Origin: an uncultured Pelagibacteraceae bacterium
Lineage (GTDB): Bacteria > Pseudomonadota > Alphaproteobacteria > Pelagibacterales > Pelagibacteraceae
DNA length: 64,000 nucleotides
Reading direction: 5' to 3'
Assembly: GCA_902582765.1 (NCBI GenBank)
Contig: CACHTK010000001.1
Location: 5,870 to 69,869 of the forward strand
Shown: piece by piece, positions 16,664 through 28,343 of the stretch
Numbering within the stretch: position 1 is the stretch's first letter
Layout of the letters: the number at the start of each line of letters is the position of its first letter
Program-made: the position numbers and the translations under genes
The notes under the pieces: generated by a model
Databases searched by the model: none
What the model saw: only the letters and a program-made list of their open reading frames with translations
Told to the model about the DNA's origin: nothing

Positions 16664-17811
16664 TGACCAACAAAAATTTTGGGTTTGGAACTCAAATTAG
16701 AAAATCTCCATATTTTGACTCAACTGTAAAATGGGGAGCAACAGGATTTTCTGTATATAATCATATGTATATTCCACGTGATTTTGGGAATCCTGAACAA
16801 AACTTTTGGAATTTGATTGAAACAGCAATTTTATGTGATGTTGCTGTTGAAAGACAAGTTGAAATTACTGGACCAGATGCGTTTAAATTTATTCAACTAT
16901 TAACCCCAAGAGATTTATCAAAATTATCTGTAGGGCAATGTAAATATGTTTTAATTACAAATGCTGAGGGTGGTATATTAAATGATCCAGTACTTTTAAG
17001 GTTGGGAGAAAATCACTTTTGGTTATCTTTAGGTGACAGTGATATTTTATTATGGGCTAAGGGTGTGGCCGTTAACTCAGAATTAGATGTAAAAATAATA
17101 GAACCAGATGTTTCTCCATTGCAATTACAAGGACCAAAGTCAGCTGAAATTATGGTCAAATTATTCGGAGAAAGTATTAAAGATATAAAATATTATTGGT
17201 TTAAAGAATTAGATTTAGATGGAATTCCACTAGTAGTTTCCCGAACAGGCTGGTCTAGCGAATTTGGCTATGAATTATTTTTAAGAGATGGTTCAAAAGG
17301 GAATGAGCTTTATGAAAAAATTATGGAAGCAGGTAGGGAATTTGGACTTAAACCAGGTCATACTTCTTCTATAAGAAGAATAGAAGGTGCCATGCTTTCT
17401 TACCATGCTGATGCTGATATTCACACAAATCCATTTGAATTAGGTTTAGATCGCTTAGTTAATTTAGATGGGGATATTAATTTTATTGGAAAAGAGTCAT
17501 TAAAAAAAATTAAAGCTGATGGTGTAAAAAGATTGCAAGTTGGTTTAGAAATTAAATGTGAAAAATTAAGTGGACCAAATACTACATTTTGGCCCCTTAA
17601 GGCAAATAATAAAAATATAGGAAAAGTGACATCAGCAATTTATTCACCACGTTTAAAAAAGAATATTGCTCTTGCAATGGTAGATATAGATTTTTCTAAA
17701 ATTGGAAATGAGATAGAGGTAACAATAGATGACAAAAACTTTAAATGTAAAGTAATAGAGAAACCATTTTTTGATCCAAAGAAAAAAATAACTTCAAAAT
17801 TATTAAAATAA
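16663..17811 (+). CDS. GcvT-family folate-dependent aminomethyl/methyltransferase, DmdA-related
   Basis: VYNHMYIP, DVAVERQVEITGPDA, ILNDPVLLRL, SRTGWSSEFGYE, GKVTSAIYSPRL. Confidence 0.85.
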   Translation: MTNKNFGFGTQIRKSPYFDSTVKWGATGFSVYNHMYIPRDFGNPEQNFWNLIETAILCDVAVERQVEITGPDAFKFIQLLTPRDLSKLSVGQCKYVLITNAEGGILNDPVLLRLGENHFWLSLGDSDILLWAKGVAVNSELDVKIIEPDVSPLQLQGPKSAEIMVKLFGESIKDIKYYWFKELDLDGIPLVVSRTGWSSEFGYELFLRDGSKGNELYEKIMEAGREFGLKPGHTSSIRRIEGAMLSYHADADIHTNPFELGLDRLVNLDGDINFIGKESLKKIKADGVKRLQVGLEIKCEKLSGPNTTFWPLKANNKNIGKVTSAIYSPRLKKNIALAMVDIDFSKIGNEIEVTIDDKNFKCKVIEKPFFDPKKKITSKLLK

Positions 17812-17857
17812 ATAGATTTTTTAATGAAACACAAATATTTATATACATGATTTACAA

Positions 17858-18916
17858 ATGAAGAATATTTTTTTTGTATTTTGCACAATTTTTATATTTT
17901 TTATAATATTTTTTGGATCTTTAAATTTTGTATTAGGTGGAGTGCCGCTATTTAATATATTCAAGATCAATCTCTCAGATCTAGTATTTACTCTTAAAAA
18001 AAAAGAGTTTAGTGATTTAAATAATATAGATTTTAATAAAGACCATTATATTCATAAGTGTGGATATTCAGAAGATGGGTTTAACAATCTAGCTTACAAA
18101 AAAGATAATTTTGGATTTAGAGAAAATAGAAGTGATTTATTTTATGATACTGACATAGTCATACTTGGAGACTCATTTGGAGCGTCACATTGTATTAATA
18201 AACCTAATGATTTAACCTCTTTGTTAATAAATCAAACTGGAAATAAAAAAATTCTAAACATTTCAGTGTCTGGTACTGGTCCATATTATCAAAAAGAGAT
18301 GATAATAAGTTTATTCACAAAAAATAAAACTAACTTTAATACATTTGTATGGTTATTTTACGAAGGAAACGACCACGAAGAATTAAGAAATAATTTTGGA
18401 AAAAAATTCGATTTTAAATTTGATAATGATAAAAATACAGATATTCAAATCTTAGATCAAACTAAAGTTAATTATGTATCAAAGGTTAATACAACCATTC
18501 TTAAATTGAAGTTTTTTTTGGCATATTTTTCAAGAGGTTTTGGAACTTTAATCAAATATTTTAAAAAGTACCCAGCCTTGATAAAAAACGAGGAAATCTA
18601 CGACTCTACAGTTAAGGATTTAAATAATTTTTTAATTGAAAAAAATATTAATAACAAAATAATATTTTATATCCCAAAATATACAAGATTATCTTACAAT
18701 AAAATTAAACATCCACAAATTACGCAACTTGATAATTTAAAAAAACTAATCGAGAAAACTTCTAAAAAATATAATTTTAAATTTGTAGATGGGTCATCAA
18801 TTTATTGGAATAGAACTGATCCTTTGGATGTATTTCATTATAAATTACCAACGCATTTTAATTTGAATGGTTATTCAATATTGGCAAAAGAACTTTCTAT
18901 TTTAGTTAAAAATTAG
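17858..18916 (+). CDS. Membrane-anchored SGNH/GDSL-family hydrolase/acetyltransferase-like protein
   Basis: N-terminal TM; DNFGFR, ILGDSF, NISVSGTG, EGND and THFNLNGY blocks. Confidence 0.7.
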   Translation: MKNIFFVFCTIFIFFIIFFGSLNFVLGGVPLFNIFKINLSDLVFTLKKKEFSDLNNIDFNKDHYIHKCGYSEDGFNNLAYKKDNFGFRENRSDLFYDTDIVILGDSFGASHCINKPNDLTSLLINQTGNKKILNISVSGTGPYYQKEMIISLFTKNKTNFNTFVWLFYEGNDHEELRNNFGKKFDFKFDNDKNTDIQILDQTKVNYVSKVNTTILKLKFFLAYFSRGFGTLIKYFKKYPALIKNEEIYDSTVKDLNNFLIEKNINNKIIFYIPKYTRLSYNKIKHPQITQLDNLKKLIEKTSKKYNFKFVDGSSIYWNRTDPLDVFHYKLPTHFNLNGYSILAKELSILVKN

Positions 18917-18935
18917 ATTAAGCAATACAAGATTG

Positions 18936-19011
18936 TGGTGCCCCCGCACGGATTCGAACCGCGGACCTATTGATTACAAATCAATTGCTCTACCAACTGA
19001 GCTACAAGGGC
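18936..19011 (-). tRNA. tRNA-Thr (TGT)
   Basis: Reverse complement folds to a cloverleaf; anticodon loop TTTGTAA; CCA end. Confidence 0.96.
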
Positions 19012-19052
19012 ATGGTGAGTTTTTTAATGGTATTTAATATATTATCAAGAAA

Positions 19053-19790
19053 TTATTTTTGTTGATTTATGTGATGAAAAACTATTGCTGCACTATTTGA
19101 TATATTTAAACTCTCAATTTCTTTATTTATATTTATTTTCACTGAAAAGTCTGTATATTTTTTAGTATGCTGATTAAGACCATGGCCTTCAGAACCAAAT
19201 AGTAAAACATTGTTTCCATTCCATTTAACTTCTGTAAAGTTCTTATCACTATTCGCTGTAAAACCATAAACCCAAAAATTTTTATCCCTTAAATATTTCA
19301 GAGTAGTATTTATGTTTGATACTTGAAAAATATTTAAGTATTCCACACATCCACTTGCAGACTTATATAATAATTTACTTTCACTTGGAAAATGTCTTTC
19401 TTTTACAATCAATCCATCTATATTAAAAGAAGCAGCACTTCTTATTAGAGAACCAATATTCCTAGCATCAGTAACTTCATCTAAACAAACAAACGTCAGA
19501 TTATTTTTATCTCTAATAAACTCTTTTAATTCAGGATTTTCTAAATGTTCTATTTCAGCAACATACCCCTGATGTAATATATCTTCACTACGACAGTATT
19601 TATCTAATTCTTTTTTAGTTTTAAAAAAAACTTTAAGATCTTGTAATAAATTTTTATCTGGGTTTTGTTTGTGAATATTTTTTTTACTTTCTTCAGTAAG
19701 GAAAATTTTTAAAACCCTTCTTTTGGGGTTTTTTAATGCTTCTATAACAGCGTGACGTCCAACTATAAAAAAGGATGATTTTTGTGTCAT
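19053..19790 (-). CDS. rlmB: 23S rRNA (Gm2251) 2'-O-methyltransferase, SpoU family
   Basis: GRHAVIEAL, HQG, LDEVTDARNIGSLIRSA, GSEGHG, ESLNISNS. Confidence 0.9.
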   Translation of the reverse strand: MTQKSSFFIVGRHAVIEALKNPKRRVLKIFLTEESKKNIHKQNPDKNLLQDLKVFFKTKKELDKYCRSEDILHQGYVAEIEHLENPELKEFIRDKNNLTFVCLDEVTDARNIGSLIRSAASFNIDGLIVKERHFPSESKLLYKSASGCVEYLNIFQVSNINTTLKYLRDKNFWVYGFTANSDKNFTEVKWNGNNVLLFGSEGHGLNQHTKKYTDFSVKININKEIESLNISNSAAIVFHHINQQK

Positions 19791-19922
19791 AATTTATGAA
19801 TTTAAAGGCTTTTTATACTATTTTTTATGAAATTCACGTATTGCATTTGTACAATAAAAATATATAAAACGCATGTTGTTTAAAGCTTTATTGAACAAGG
19901 GGACGCTTCCCCCTACTATCAG

Positions 19923-20008
<86 letters not shown>

Positions 20009-20050
20009 TTCAATAAATTTTTAAATAAATTAGGAGTATACTTGGGTGAT

Positions 20051-20124
20051 GCGGGTGTAGTTCAATGGTAGAACGCTAGCCTTCCAAGCTGGATGTAAGG
20101 GTTCGATTCCCTTTACCCGCTCCA
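20051..20124 (+). tRNA. tRNA-Gly (TCC)
   Basis: GCGGGT/ACCCGC stem, CTTCCAA loop, CCA. Confidence 0.96.
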
Positions 20125-20165
20125 AATATTAAAAACGATAAAAAGGAAAAAGAGGTAAAAAAGTA

Positions 20166-21356
20166 ATGTCAAAAGAAAAGTTTGTAAGAAATAAACCGCA
20201 CTGTAATATTGGAACTATAGGTCACGTGGACCATGGTAAAACTACATTAACAGCTGCGATAACAAAAGTTTTAGCGGAATCTGGTGGTGCACAATTTACT
20301 GCTTATGACCAAATTGATAAAGCTCCAGAAGAAAAGGAGAGAGGCATAACAATTTCAACAGCGCATGTGGAATACGAAACTGCAAATAGACATTACGCTC
20401 ACGTGGATTGTCCAGGACACGCAGACTATGTAAAAAATATGATTACAGGTGCTGCACAAATGGATGGTGCAATTTTAGTTGTAAATGCTGCAGATGGACC
20501 AATGCCACAAACTAGAGAACATATTCTTCTTGCTCGTCAAGTTGGAGTTCCTGCAATCGTTGTGTATTTAAATAAAGTAGATCAAGTCGATGATAAAGAA
20601 ATGATAGATTTGGTAGAAGAAGAAATTAAAGATTTATTAACATCCTATAAATTCCCGGGAGATAAAACTCCAATAATAAAAGGCTCAGCATTAGCTGCTG
20701 TAGAAGGAAAAGATGATGAAATTGGAAAAAATTCTATCATGGAATTAATGAAAGCTGTTGATGAGTTTATCCCACAACCAGACAGACCTAAAGATAAAGA
20801 CTTCTTGATGCCAGTTGAGGATGTATTTTCAATTTCTGGAAGAGGAACTGTCGTAACGGGAAGAGTAGAGTCAGGTGTAATCAAAACAGGAGAGGAAATA
20901 GAAATAGTAGGTATTAGAGAAACTAAAAAATCAGTTTGTACTGGAGTAGAAATGTTTAGAAAACTTTTAGATTCTGGTGAAGCAGGAGATAATATTGGTG
21001 CACTTTTGAGAGGTGTTGAGAGAACTGATGTAGAAAGAGGACAAGTATTGTGTAAGCCAGGATCCATTAAACCTCACACTAAATTTGAAGCTCAAGCATA
21101 TGTATTGAAAAAAGAAGAGGGCGGCAGACATACTCCATTCTTTACTAAATACAGACCTCAGTTTTATTTTAGAACAACCGATGTTACTGGAGAAGTTGAA
21201 TTACCATCAGGTACTGAAATGGTTATGCCAGGTGATGATGCAAAATTTACAGTAAAATTAATTACACCAATCGCAATGGATGAAAAGCTTAATTTTGCAA
21301 TTAGAGAAGGTGGTAGAACAGTGGGAGCAGGTGTAGTAACTAAAATTATAGAGTAA
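20166..21356 (+). CDS. tuf: Elongation factor Tu
   Basis: [29 protein letters not shown]. Confidence 0.99.
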   Translation: MSKEKFVRNKPHCNIGTIGHVDHGKTTLTAAITKVLAESGGAQFTAYDQIDKAPEEKERGITISTAHVEYETANRHYAHVDCPGHADYVKNMITGAAQMDGAILVVNAADGPMPQTREHILLARQVGVPAIVVYLNKVDQVDDKEMIDLVEEEIKDLLTSYKFPGDKTPIIKGSALAAVEGKDDEIGKNSIMELMKAVDEFIPQPDRPKDKDFLMPVEDVFSISGRGTVVTGRVESGVIKTGEEIEIVGIRETKKSVCTGVEMFRKLLDSGEAGDNIGALLRGVERTDVERGQVLCKPGSIKPHTKFEAQAYVLKKEEGGRHTPFFTKYRPQFYFRTTDVTGEVELPSGTEMVMPGDDAKFTVKLITPIAMDEKLNFAIREGGRTVGAGVVTKIIE

Positions 21357-21363
21357 ACTCAAT

Positions 21364-21439
21364 AGGAGTGTAGCTCAATTGGTAGAGCGCCGGTCTCCAA
21401 AACCGGAGGTTGGGGGTTCGATTCCCTTCGCTCCTGCCA
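21364..21439 (+). tRNA. tRNA-Trp (CCA)
   Basis: CCGGT-CTCCAAA-ACCGG anticodon arm; tuf-trpT-secE context. Confidence 0.96.
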
Positions 21440-21458
21440 AACAAGTTATTTTTGATTT

Positions 21459-21650
21459 ATGAAAAATCCTTTAAAATTTATTCAAGAAGTGAAACAAGAG
21501 GCTTTTAAGGTTACATGGCCAACAGCAAAAGAAACTGTTCAAGGTGCACTAATGGTTTTCGCTATGGCAGTTTTAGCCTCGTTATTTTTTCTGCTTCTCG
21601 ATCAGATTTTAAAGTTTTTTTTGGAAATAATTCTTAAGGTCAGTATATAA
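21459..21650 (+). CDS. secE: Preprotein translocase SecE
   Basis: FIQEVKQEAFKVTWP plus one TM; upstream of nusG. Confidence 0.95.
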   Translation: MKNPLKFIQEVKQEAFKVTWPTAKETVQGALMVFAMAVLASLFFLLLDQILKFFLEIILKVSI

Positions 21651-22180
21651 TGAAAAATTGGTACATAGTTCAATCACACTCAAGTTTTGAAAACAAGGTA
21701 GCTCAACTAATAAAAGAAGAGGCTGAAAAGGCAAAAATATCAGAAAAATTTGAGGAAATAATTGTTCCGACTCATGACATTACAGAAGTTAAAAGAGGAA
21801 AAAGAGTTCAAAGAAAAAAAAAATTTTTTCCTGGTTATATATTAATAAAAAGTGAAATGGATAATAATATTTATCATATGATAAAGAACTTAAAAAAAGT
21901 AAGTGGTTTTCTCGGTTCAAAAGGTACGCCAATACCTGTTTCAGATAAAGAAATTGAAAAAATCTTAGGAGAGATTAAAGACGGAGTTGCTCAACCAAAA
22001 TCTGGAGTTGAATATAATATTGGAGAAAAAGTTCAAGTTATTGATGGTCCATTTGCATCATTCACAGGATTAGTTGAAGACATAGATGAAGATAAGTTAA
22101 GACTAAAAGTTTCTGTATCTATATTTGGTCGTCCTACACCAGTAGATCTAGAATATAACCAAGTTGAAAAGGCAAGCTAA
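21650..22180 (+). CDS. nusG: Transcription factor NusG
   Basis: [19 protein letters not shown] motif DGPFASF. Confidence 0.98.
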   Translation: MKNWYIVQSHSSFENKVAQLIKEEAEKAKISEKFEEIIVPTHDITEVKRGKRVQRKKKFFPGYILIKSEMDNNIYHMIKNLKKVSGFLGSKGTPIPVSDKEIEKILGEIKDGVAQPKSGVEYNIGEKVQVIDGPFASFTGLVEDIDEDKLRLKVSVSIFGRPTPVDLEYNQVEKAS

Positions 22181-22608
22181 TGGCGAAAAAAGAAATAAGT
22201 GGATATGTGAAACTACAAATTAAAGGAGGTCAGGCAAATCCAGCTCCTCCAGTTGGTCCTGCATTAGGACAAAGAGGTATTAACATAATGGAATTTTGTA
22301 AAGCCTTTAATGATAAAACAAAATCATTCGCAGGAAAACCAGTACCAGTAATAATTACTGTTTATAAGGATAAAAAATTTGATTTTGTAATAAAGTCGCC
22401 CCCTGCGTCTCATTTTATAAAAGAGGCTATGAAATTAAAAAGTGGTTCAAAAGAGCCAGGAAGAAATATAATAGGATCTATTTCTAAACAACAACTTAAA
22501 GATATAGCTGAGAAAAAAATGGAAGATTTAAATGCTCACGATATAGAGGAAGCTGCAAAGATTATTGCTGGATCTGCTAGATCAATGGGCATTGAGGTAA
22601 AGGAATAA
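22180..22608 (+). CDS. rplK: 50S ribosomal protein L11
   Basis: [15 protein letters not shown]. Confidence 0.98.
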   Translation: MAKKEISGYVKLQIKGGQANPAPPVGPALGQRGINIMEFCKAFNDKTKSFAGKPVPVIITVYKDKKFDFVIKSPPASHFIKEAMKLKSGSKEPGRNIIGSISKQQLKDIAEKKMEDLNAHDIEEAAKIIAGSARSMGIEVKE

Positions 22609-23297
22609 TGTCTTCAAAAAGATTTAAAAAATTACCTGAAAATAGTAAAGATTTAAATCCAGAGACAATTAGTAATATATTAAATACCATAAAGGCAAAC
22701 TGTACATCAAAATTTGATGAGTCGATTGATTTAAGTTTTAGAGTAAACAATAAACAAAAAAAAAATGAAATTAATCTTAGAACAGTTGTAAATTTACCTG
22801 GTGGAACAGGAAAATCAATCAAAGTTGCAGTCGTTTGTGAAGATGCTAAAATTCAAGAAGCTAATGATGCTAAAGCTGATGTAGTAGGCGGAGATGAATT
22901 AGTAGAAAAAATTAAAAATGGAGATTTAAATTTTGAAAAACTAATATGTACTCCATCAATGATGATTAAACTTTCGAAATTAGGAAAAGTTTTAGGTCCT
23001 AAAGGTTTAATGCCTAACCCAAAATTAGGAACAGTAACTAATGATATTAGTAAAGCGGTAAATGAAGCAAAAGCAGGACAGGTTGAATTAAGAAACGACA
23101 AAGATGGAAATATTGGGTTAAGTATAGGAAAAAAATCATTCGATAATGACAAACTTGTTAAAAACTATAATGCAATTGTAGACGCATTAGAAAAAGAAAA
23201 ATCTAATTTGACTATAAAAGGGGATTTAGTAAAACAAGTTTTCATAACTTCAACTATGGGCGTGTCTTATAAAATAAAATTAGATAAGAGTTTTTAA
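22608..23297 (+). CDS. rplA: 50S ribosomal protein L1
   Basis: KFDESID, LGPKGLMPNPKLGT. Confidence 0.98.
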   Translation: MSSKRFKKLPENSKDLNPETISNILNTIKANCTSKFDESIDLSFRVNNKQKKNEINLRTVVNLPGGTGKSIKVAVVCEDAKIQEANDAKADVVGGDELVEKIKNGDLNFEKLICTPSMMIKLSKLGKVLGPKGLMPNPKLGTVTNDISKAVNEAKAGQVELRNDKDGNIGLSIGKKSFDNDKLVKNYNAIVDALEKEKSNLTIKGDLVKQVFITSTMGVSYKIKLDKSF

Positions 23298-23299
23298 TT

Positions 23300-23809
23300 A
23301 TGATGAACAAAGAACAAAAAAAACAGTATATACAAGACATGACTACCCAGTTTGACAAAACAGAAGCAGTAATAGTTACCCATTATCAAGGTTTGACTGT
23401 TACACAATTAGATGATTTGAGAAAAAAAATGCGAGAACATGGCATTAAATTTAAAATTACAAATAATAGAATTACCAAATTAGCTCTTGAAAAAACGAAA
23501 TGTAAAGATTTGTCTAACTTATTTACCGGTCCAACAGCTGTAGCATTATCCGAGGATGCAATAGCATCTGCAAAAATTTTAACTAAATTTTCCAAAGAAA
23601 ACGAAAAATTAAAAATATTAGGTGGAATCATGGGTACTGATATTTTAGATGTTGCAGGAGTTAAAAATGTTGCCACTTTGCCATCTTTAGATGAAGCTAG
23701 AGCAAAAATAGTAGGTATTTTAAGGTCTCCAGCACAAAAAATAGCAAGTATTTTACTTGCACCGGCTTCAAAAATCGCTATTTTAGCGCTCGAAAAATCA
23801 AAAAAATAA
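23300..23809 (+). CDS. rplJ: 50S ribosomal protein L10
   Basis: YQGLTV, FTGPTA, LATLPS-like motif; synteny. Confidence 0.96.
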   Translation: MMNKEQKKQYIQDMTTQFDKTEAVIVTHYQGLTVTQLDDLRKKMREHGIKFKITNNRITKLALEKTKCKDLSNLFTGPTAVALSEDAIASAKILTKFSKENEKLKILGGIMGTDILDVAGVKNVATLPSLDEARAKIVGILRSPAQKIASILLAPASKIAILALEKSKK

Positions 23810-23831
23810 CTAGGAACAAATAAAAATTATT

Positions 23832-24203
23832 ATGGCTGACTTAAATAAAATTATAGAAGATTTATCAAGCTTAACTGTAGTAGAAGCAGCTGAGCTTTCA
23901 AAACAATTAGAGGAAAAATGGGGAGTAACAGCTGCAGCTGCAGTAGCTGCTGCACCAGTTTCGGCGGGTGGTGAAGCACCAGCAGAAGAAAAAGATGAAT
24001 TCACTATTATGTTGACTGCAGCAGGTGATAAAAAAATAAATGTGATTAAAGAAGTTAGAGCTGTAACTGAATTAGGATTAAAAGAAGCTAAAGATTTAGT
24101 CGAAGGCGCACCTAAAGAAGTCAAGTCGGGTGTTAACAAAAAAGAAGCTGAAGAAATAAAGGCTAAATTAGAAGCAGCAGGCGCAAAAGTCGAACTTAAG
24201 TAA
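23832..24203 (+). CDS. rplL: 50S ribosomal protein L7/L12
   Basis: [32 protein letters not shown]. Confidence 0.98.
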   Translation: MADLNKIIEDLSSLTVVEAAELSKQLEEKWGVTAAAAVAAAPVSAGGEAPAEEKDEFTIMLTAAGDKKINVIKEVRAVTELGLKEAKDLVEGAPKEVKSGVNKKEAEEIKAKLEAAGAKVELK

Positions 24204-24258
24204 AAACAAATTAGAAAGAATTTAATTACTGGAATTCTTATTCAGTAATATAGTTGAT

Positions 24259-27200
24259 ATGCAATTATCTTTTACTAAGAAAAAAAATATCAGAAAGAGT
24301 TTTGGTAAGCTTAAGGAAAGTTTATCAATACCAAACCTTATAGAGGTACAAAAAAATTCTTACAAGGAACTAACTGAATTTAAAGGAGATGTTGAGCAAC
24401 ATTTAGTTAAAGGTTTCCATAGAGTATTCAAAGGTATTTTTCCTATTGAAGATCTTAATGACAAAGCAACCTTAGAGTATATTTCATATAGACTAGAAAA
24501 ACCAAAATTTGATGTTGATGAATGTATAACTAGAGGTTTAACTTACTCAGCTGCATTAAAGTGTACATTGAGATTAGTTGTTTACGAAATAGATCAAGAA
24601 AATAACACAAAAGATATATTGTCTGCAAAGGAGCAGGAAGTTTATATGGGCGAGGTTCCGATGATGACAAATAGTGGAACTTTTATAACAAATGGTGTTC
24701 AAAGAGTTGTAGTTAATCAAATGCACAGAAGCCCAGGCGTGTTTTTTGACCATGATAAGGGTAAGTCTCATGCTAGTGGTAAACTTTTATTTAATTGTAG
24801 GGTGATACCTAATAGAGGATCTTGGTTAGATTTTGAATTCGATGTTAAGGATTTTTTATATTTTAGAATAGATAGAAAAAAGAAAATATTCATATCTACT
24901 TTATTGCAGGCACTAGGATACTCTAAGTCTGATATAGTAAACGAATTTTATGAAAAGGAGACTTTTTATTACGATGTTACTTCAAAAAAATGGAAAACTA
25001 AATTTGATCCAGAAAATTATAAAGCCAAGAATTTTTCAGAAGAAATAATAGATGCCAAAACTAACAAAGTCCTTTTAAAAGTTGGTGAACAGATTAATTT
25101 TTTATCAGCAAAAAAACTACAAAACGACGGATTAAAAGAGATTTTGATTTCAAATGAGTCTTTATATGGAAAATATTTGCATGAGGATATAACTATTGGT
25201 GAAGATACATTTAAAATTGGAACTGAAATAAATGAAACTATACTTCAAAAGATATTAGAAGCTAAAATAAACTTAATAAATACTTCAAAAACAAATTCAA
25301 TATCCAAAGGGCCATACCTGCTTCAAACTATTTTAAATGATAAAAATGAGAATAAAAATGATGCAATTACAGAAATTTATAAAATTCTTAGACCTGGAGA
25401 ACCACCAACAATAGAAATTGCTACTCAAATATTTAACAATCTATTTTTTAGTTCTGATAGATACGATTTGTCAGATGTAGGTAGAGTAAAAATGAACTCA
25501 AGACTTAATATTAATTGTTCAGATAAAATTACAATCTTAAGAAATGACGATATCTTGGCAATAATTAAAAAAATGTTAGACCTTAGAGACGGTAAAGATG
25601 AAGTTGATGATATAGATCATCTTGGAAACAGAAGAGTAAGATCTGTTGGAGAATTGGTTGAAAACCAAGCAAGGATTGGTGTCTACAGAATGGAAAGAGC
25701 CATAAAGGAAAAAATGACTACATTAGATGTTGAATCTGCTATGCCACAAGATTTAATTAATGCAAAACCATTAACCATTTCACTTAAAGATTTTTTTGCA
25801 ACCTCACAACTTTCTCAATTTATGGATCAAACTAATCCATTATCAGAGATAACTCATAAAAGAAGAGTGTCTGCATTAGGTCCAGGAGGACTCACAAGAG
25901 AAAGAGCTGGATTTGAAGTAAGAGACGTGCATCCTACTCACTATGGACGTATATGTCCAATTGAGACTCCAGAAGGACCTAACATCGGTTTGATAAATAG
26001 TCTTTCTACATATTCAAAAATTAATAAATATGGTTTTATAGAAAGCCCTTATAAAAAAGTTGAAAATGGAGTTGTTCAAGACAAGATAGAGTATCTTTCT
26101 GCAATGGAAGAAACAAATTATACAATTGCACAAGCAAATTCCGTTCTAGATAAAAATGGCAAATTTGTTGAAGATTTAGTTTCAAGTAGAGCAAATTTAG
26201 ATTTTATTTTATCCAAGCCAGAAAATATAGATTATATAGACGTTTCACCAAAACAATTGGTCTCTGTGGCAGCATCATTAATACCTTTTTTAGAAAACGA
26301 TGATGCAAACAGAGCTTTAATGGGCTCAAATATGATGAGACAAGCTGTTCCTCTACTTAAACCAGAGGCACCTTTAGTTGGGACTGGAATAGAAAGTGAT
26401 GTAGCATTAGACTCAGGCGTTACAATTGTAGCTAAAAGAGAAGGGACAGTTGACAAAATAGATGGAAAAAGAATTGTTATCAAAGCTTCAAATGAGAAAG
26501 ATTATTCAGAATCAGGAGTTGACATCTACAATTTACAAAAATTTAAAAGATCTAACCAAAATACATGCATAAATCAAAAACCATTAGTAAGAGTGGGAGA
26601 TAAAGTTAAATCTGGAGATATAATTGCAGATGGTCCTTCAACAAAAATAGGAGAACTTGCTTTAGGAAAAAATGTAACGGTAGCATTTATGCCATGGCAG
26701 GGATATAATTTTGAGGATTCAATTTTAATTTCGGAAAGATGCGTGACTGACGACGTCTTTACTTCAATACATATCGAAGAATATGAAGTAATGGCAAGAG
26801 ATACAAAATTAGGCGAAGAGGATATCACAAGAGATATCCCAAACATTAATGAAGAAGCACTAAAAAACCTTGATGAGTCAGGAATAGTCTATATAGGTGC
26901 AGAGGTAAAACCTGGTGATATACTAGTTGGAAAAGTTACACCTAAGGGAGATTCAGCTTCAGGTCCCGAAGAAAAACTTTTAAGATCAATATTCGGTGAG
27001 AAAGCAATTGATGTAACTGATACTTCACTTAAAATGCCAAGTGGTAGTGGTGGAATTGTTGTTGATGTAAGAGTTTTTAATAGACACGGAATTGAAAAAG
27101 ATGAGAGATCAATTACTATTGAAAGAGCAGAAATTGAAAGTGTTCAACAGGATAAAAACGTTGAGGAAGAAATACTTGAAAGAAGTATTAAGCAAAGAGC

Positions 27201-28341
27201 TTCTACAATTTTAACAAATACAAAATTAAATAAAAAAATTAAGAATTATGAAATTGGCACCAAATTAAATGAAGAAATTATTTTTGATTTGCCAACATCA
27301 GATCTTTTTAAAATTTCATTAGACGAAGTAAAAAAAACAGAAACACTAAATCAACTCCGTAGCCAATACGAAAATGCTAAAAAAGATATTCAAGAAAGAT
27401 TTGAAGATAAAGTTTTAAAAATAAGACAGGGTGATGATTTATTACCTAGCGTTATGAAAATGGTAAAAGTTTTTGTTGCAATTAAGAGAAGATTAAGACC
27501 TGGAGATAAAATGTCTGGAAGACATGGAAACAAAGGCGTAGTTAGTAAAATAGTTCCTGTAGAGGATATGCCATACAGAGAGAATGGAAAACCTGTAGAT
27601 ATAGTTTTAAATCCATTGGGAGTACCAAGTAGAATGAACGTGGGACAAATATTAGAAACCCATCTAGGATGGTCGTGTAAAGAGCTAGGGGAGCAATTAA
27701 CTGATTTAATACATCAAAACCAGAAAAAAATTGAAAAAGAAGATAAAATACTAAAATTTTTAAAATCCGTTTACGGTGATGAAGTATACTCTGAAAACAT
27801 TGACAGTTTAACAACATCTGAATTTAAAGATTTGTGCCAAAATATTCAAAATGGAATTCCAATTTCAACTCCTGTATTTGATGGTGCAAAAGAAAATGAT
27901 GTAACAAAAATGTTAGATTTAGCTAAACTACCAAACTCAGGACAAACTACATTATGGGATGGTAGAACAGGAGAAAAATTTGATAGACCTGTGACTGTAG
28001 GGATTATTTATATGCTTAAATTACACCACTTAGTTGAGGATAAAATTCATGCTAGATCCACTGGACCATATAGTTTAGTTACCCAACAACCACTTGGTGG
28101 GAAGGCACAATTAGGTGGCCAAAGATTTGGAGAGATGGAAGTTTGGGCTCTAGAAGCATATGGTGCCTCTTATACACTTCAAGAAATTCTAACAGTCAAA
28201 TCTGATGACGTAGCTGGTAGAGTAAAAGTGTACGAGACCATTGTTAAGGGTGAGGAAAATTTCGAGTCAGGAATACCAGAATCATTTAACGTTCTAGTAA
28301 AAGAAATAAAATCATTAGCATTAAATGTGGAGTTAAATTAA
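24259..28341 (+). CDS. rpoB: RNA polymerase beta subunit
   Basis: [46 protein letters not shown]. Confidence 0.99.
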   Translation: MQLSFTKKKNIRKSFGKLKESLSIPNLIEVQKNSYKELTEFKGDVEQHLVKGFHRVFKGIFPIEDLNDKATLEYISYRLEKPKFDVDECITRGLTYSAALKCTLRLVVYEIDQENNTKDILSAKEQEVYMGEVPMMTNSGTFITNGVQRVVVNQMHRSPGVFFDHDKGKSHASGKLLFNCRVIPNRGSWLDFEFDVKDFLYFRIDRKKKIFISTLLQALGYSKSDIVNEFYEKETFYYDVTSKKWKTKFDPENYKAKNFSEEIIDAKTNKVLLKVGEQINFLSAKKLQNDGLKEILISNESLYGKYLHEDITIGEDTFKIGTEINETILQKILEAKINLINTSKTNSISKGPYLLQTILNDKNENKNDAITEIYKILRPGEPPTIEIATQIFNNLFFSSDRYDLSDVGRVKMNSRLNINCSDKITILRNDDILAIIKKMLDLRDGKDEVDDIDHLGNRRVRSVGELVENQARIGVYRMERAIKEKMTTLDVESAMPQDLINAKPLTISLKDFFATSQLSQFMDQTNPLSEITHKRRVSALGPGGLTRERAGFEVRDVHPTHYGRICPIETPEGPNIGLINSLSTYSKINKYGFIESPYKKVENGVVQDKIEYLSAMEETNYTIAQANSVLDKNGKFVEDLVSSRANLDFILSKPENIDYIDVSPKQLVSVAASLIPFLENDDANRALMGSNMMRQAVPLLKPEAPLVGTGIESDVALDSGVTIVAKREGTVDKIDGKRIVIKASNEKDYSESGVDIYNLQKFKRSNQNTCINQKPLVRVGDKVKSGDIIADGPSTKIGELALGKNVTVAFMPWQGYNFEDSILISERCVTDDVFTSIHIEEYEVMARDTKLGEEDITRDIPNINEEALKNLDESGIVYIGAEVKPGDILVGKVTPKGDSASGPEEKLLRSIFGEKAIDVTDTSLKMPSGSGGIVVDVRVFNRHGIEKDERSITIERAEIESVQQDKNVEEEILERSIKQRASTILTNTKLNKKIKNYEIGTKLNEEIIFDLPTSDLFKISLDEVKKTETLNQLRSQYENAKKDIQERFEDKVLKIRQGDDLLPSVMKMVKVFVAIKRRLRPGDKMSGRHGNKGVVSKIVPVEDMPYRENGKPVDIVLNPLGVPSRMNVGQILETHLGWSCKELGEQLTDLIHQNQKKIEKEDKILKFLKSVYGDEVYSENIDSLTTSEFKDLCQNIQNGIPISTPVFDGAKENDVTKMLDLAKLPNSGQTTLWDGRTGEKFDRPVTVGIIYMLKLHHLVEDKIHARSTGPYSLVTQQPLGGKAQLGGQRFGEMEVWALEAYGASYTLQEILTVKSDDVAGRVKVYETIVKGEENFESGIPESFNVLVKEIKSLALNVELN

Positions 28342-28343
28342 AA

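Noticed and set aside
16663-17811. Calling this gene dmdA or gcvT
   Set aside because: The family is clear, but orthology cannot be established without a phylogeny
19898-19914. GC-rich hairpin upstream of tRNA-Tyr as a novel ncRNA
   Set aside because: Only a 5-bp stem, most simply part of the pre-tRNA leader
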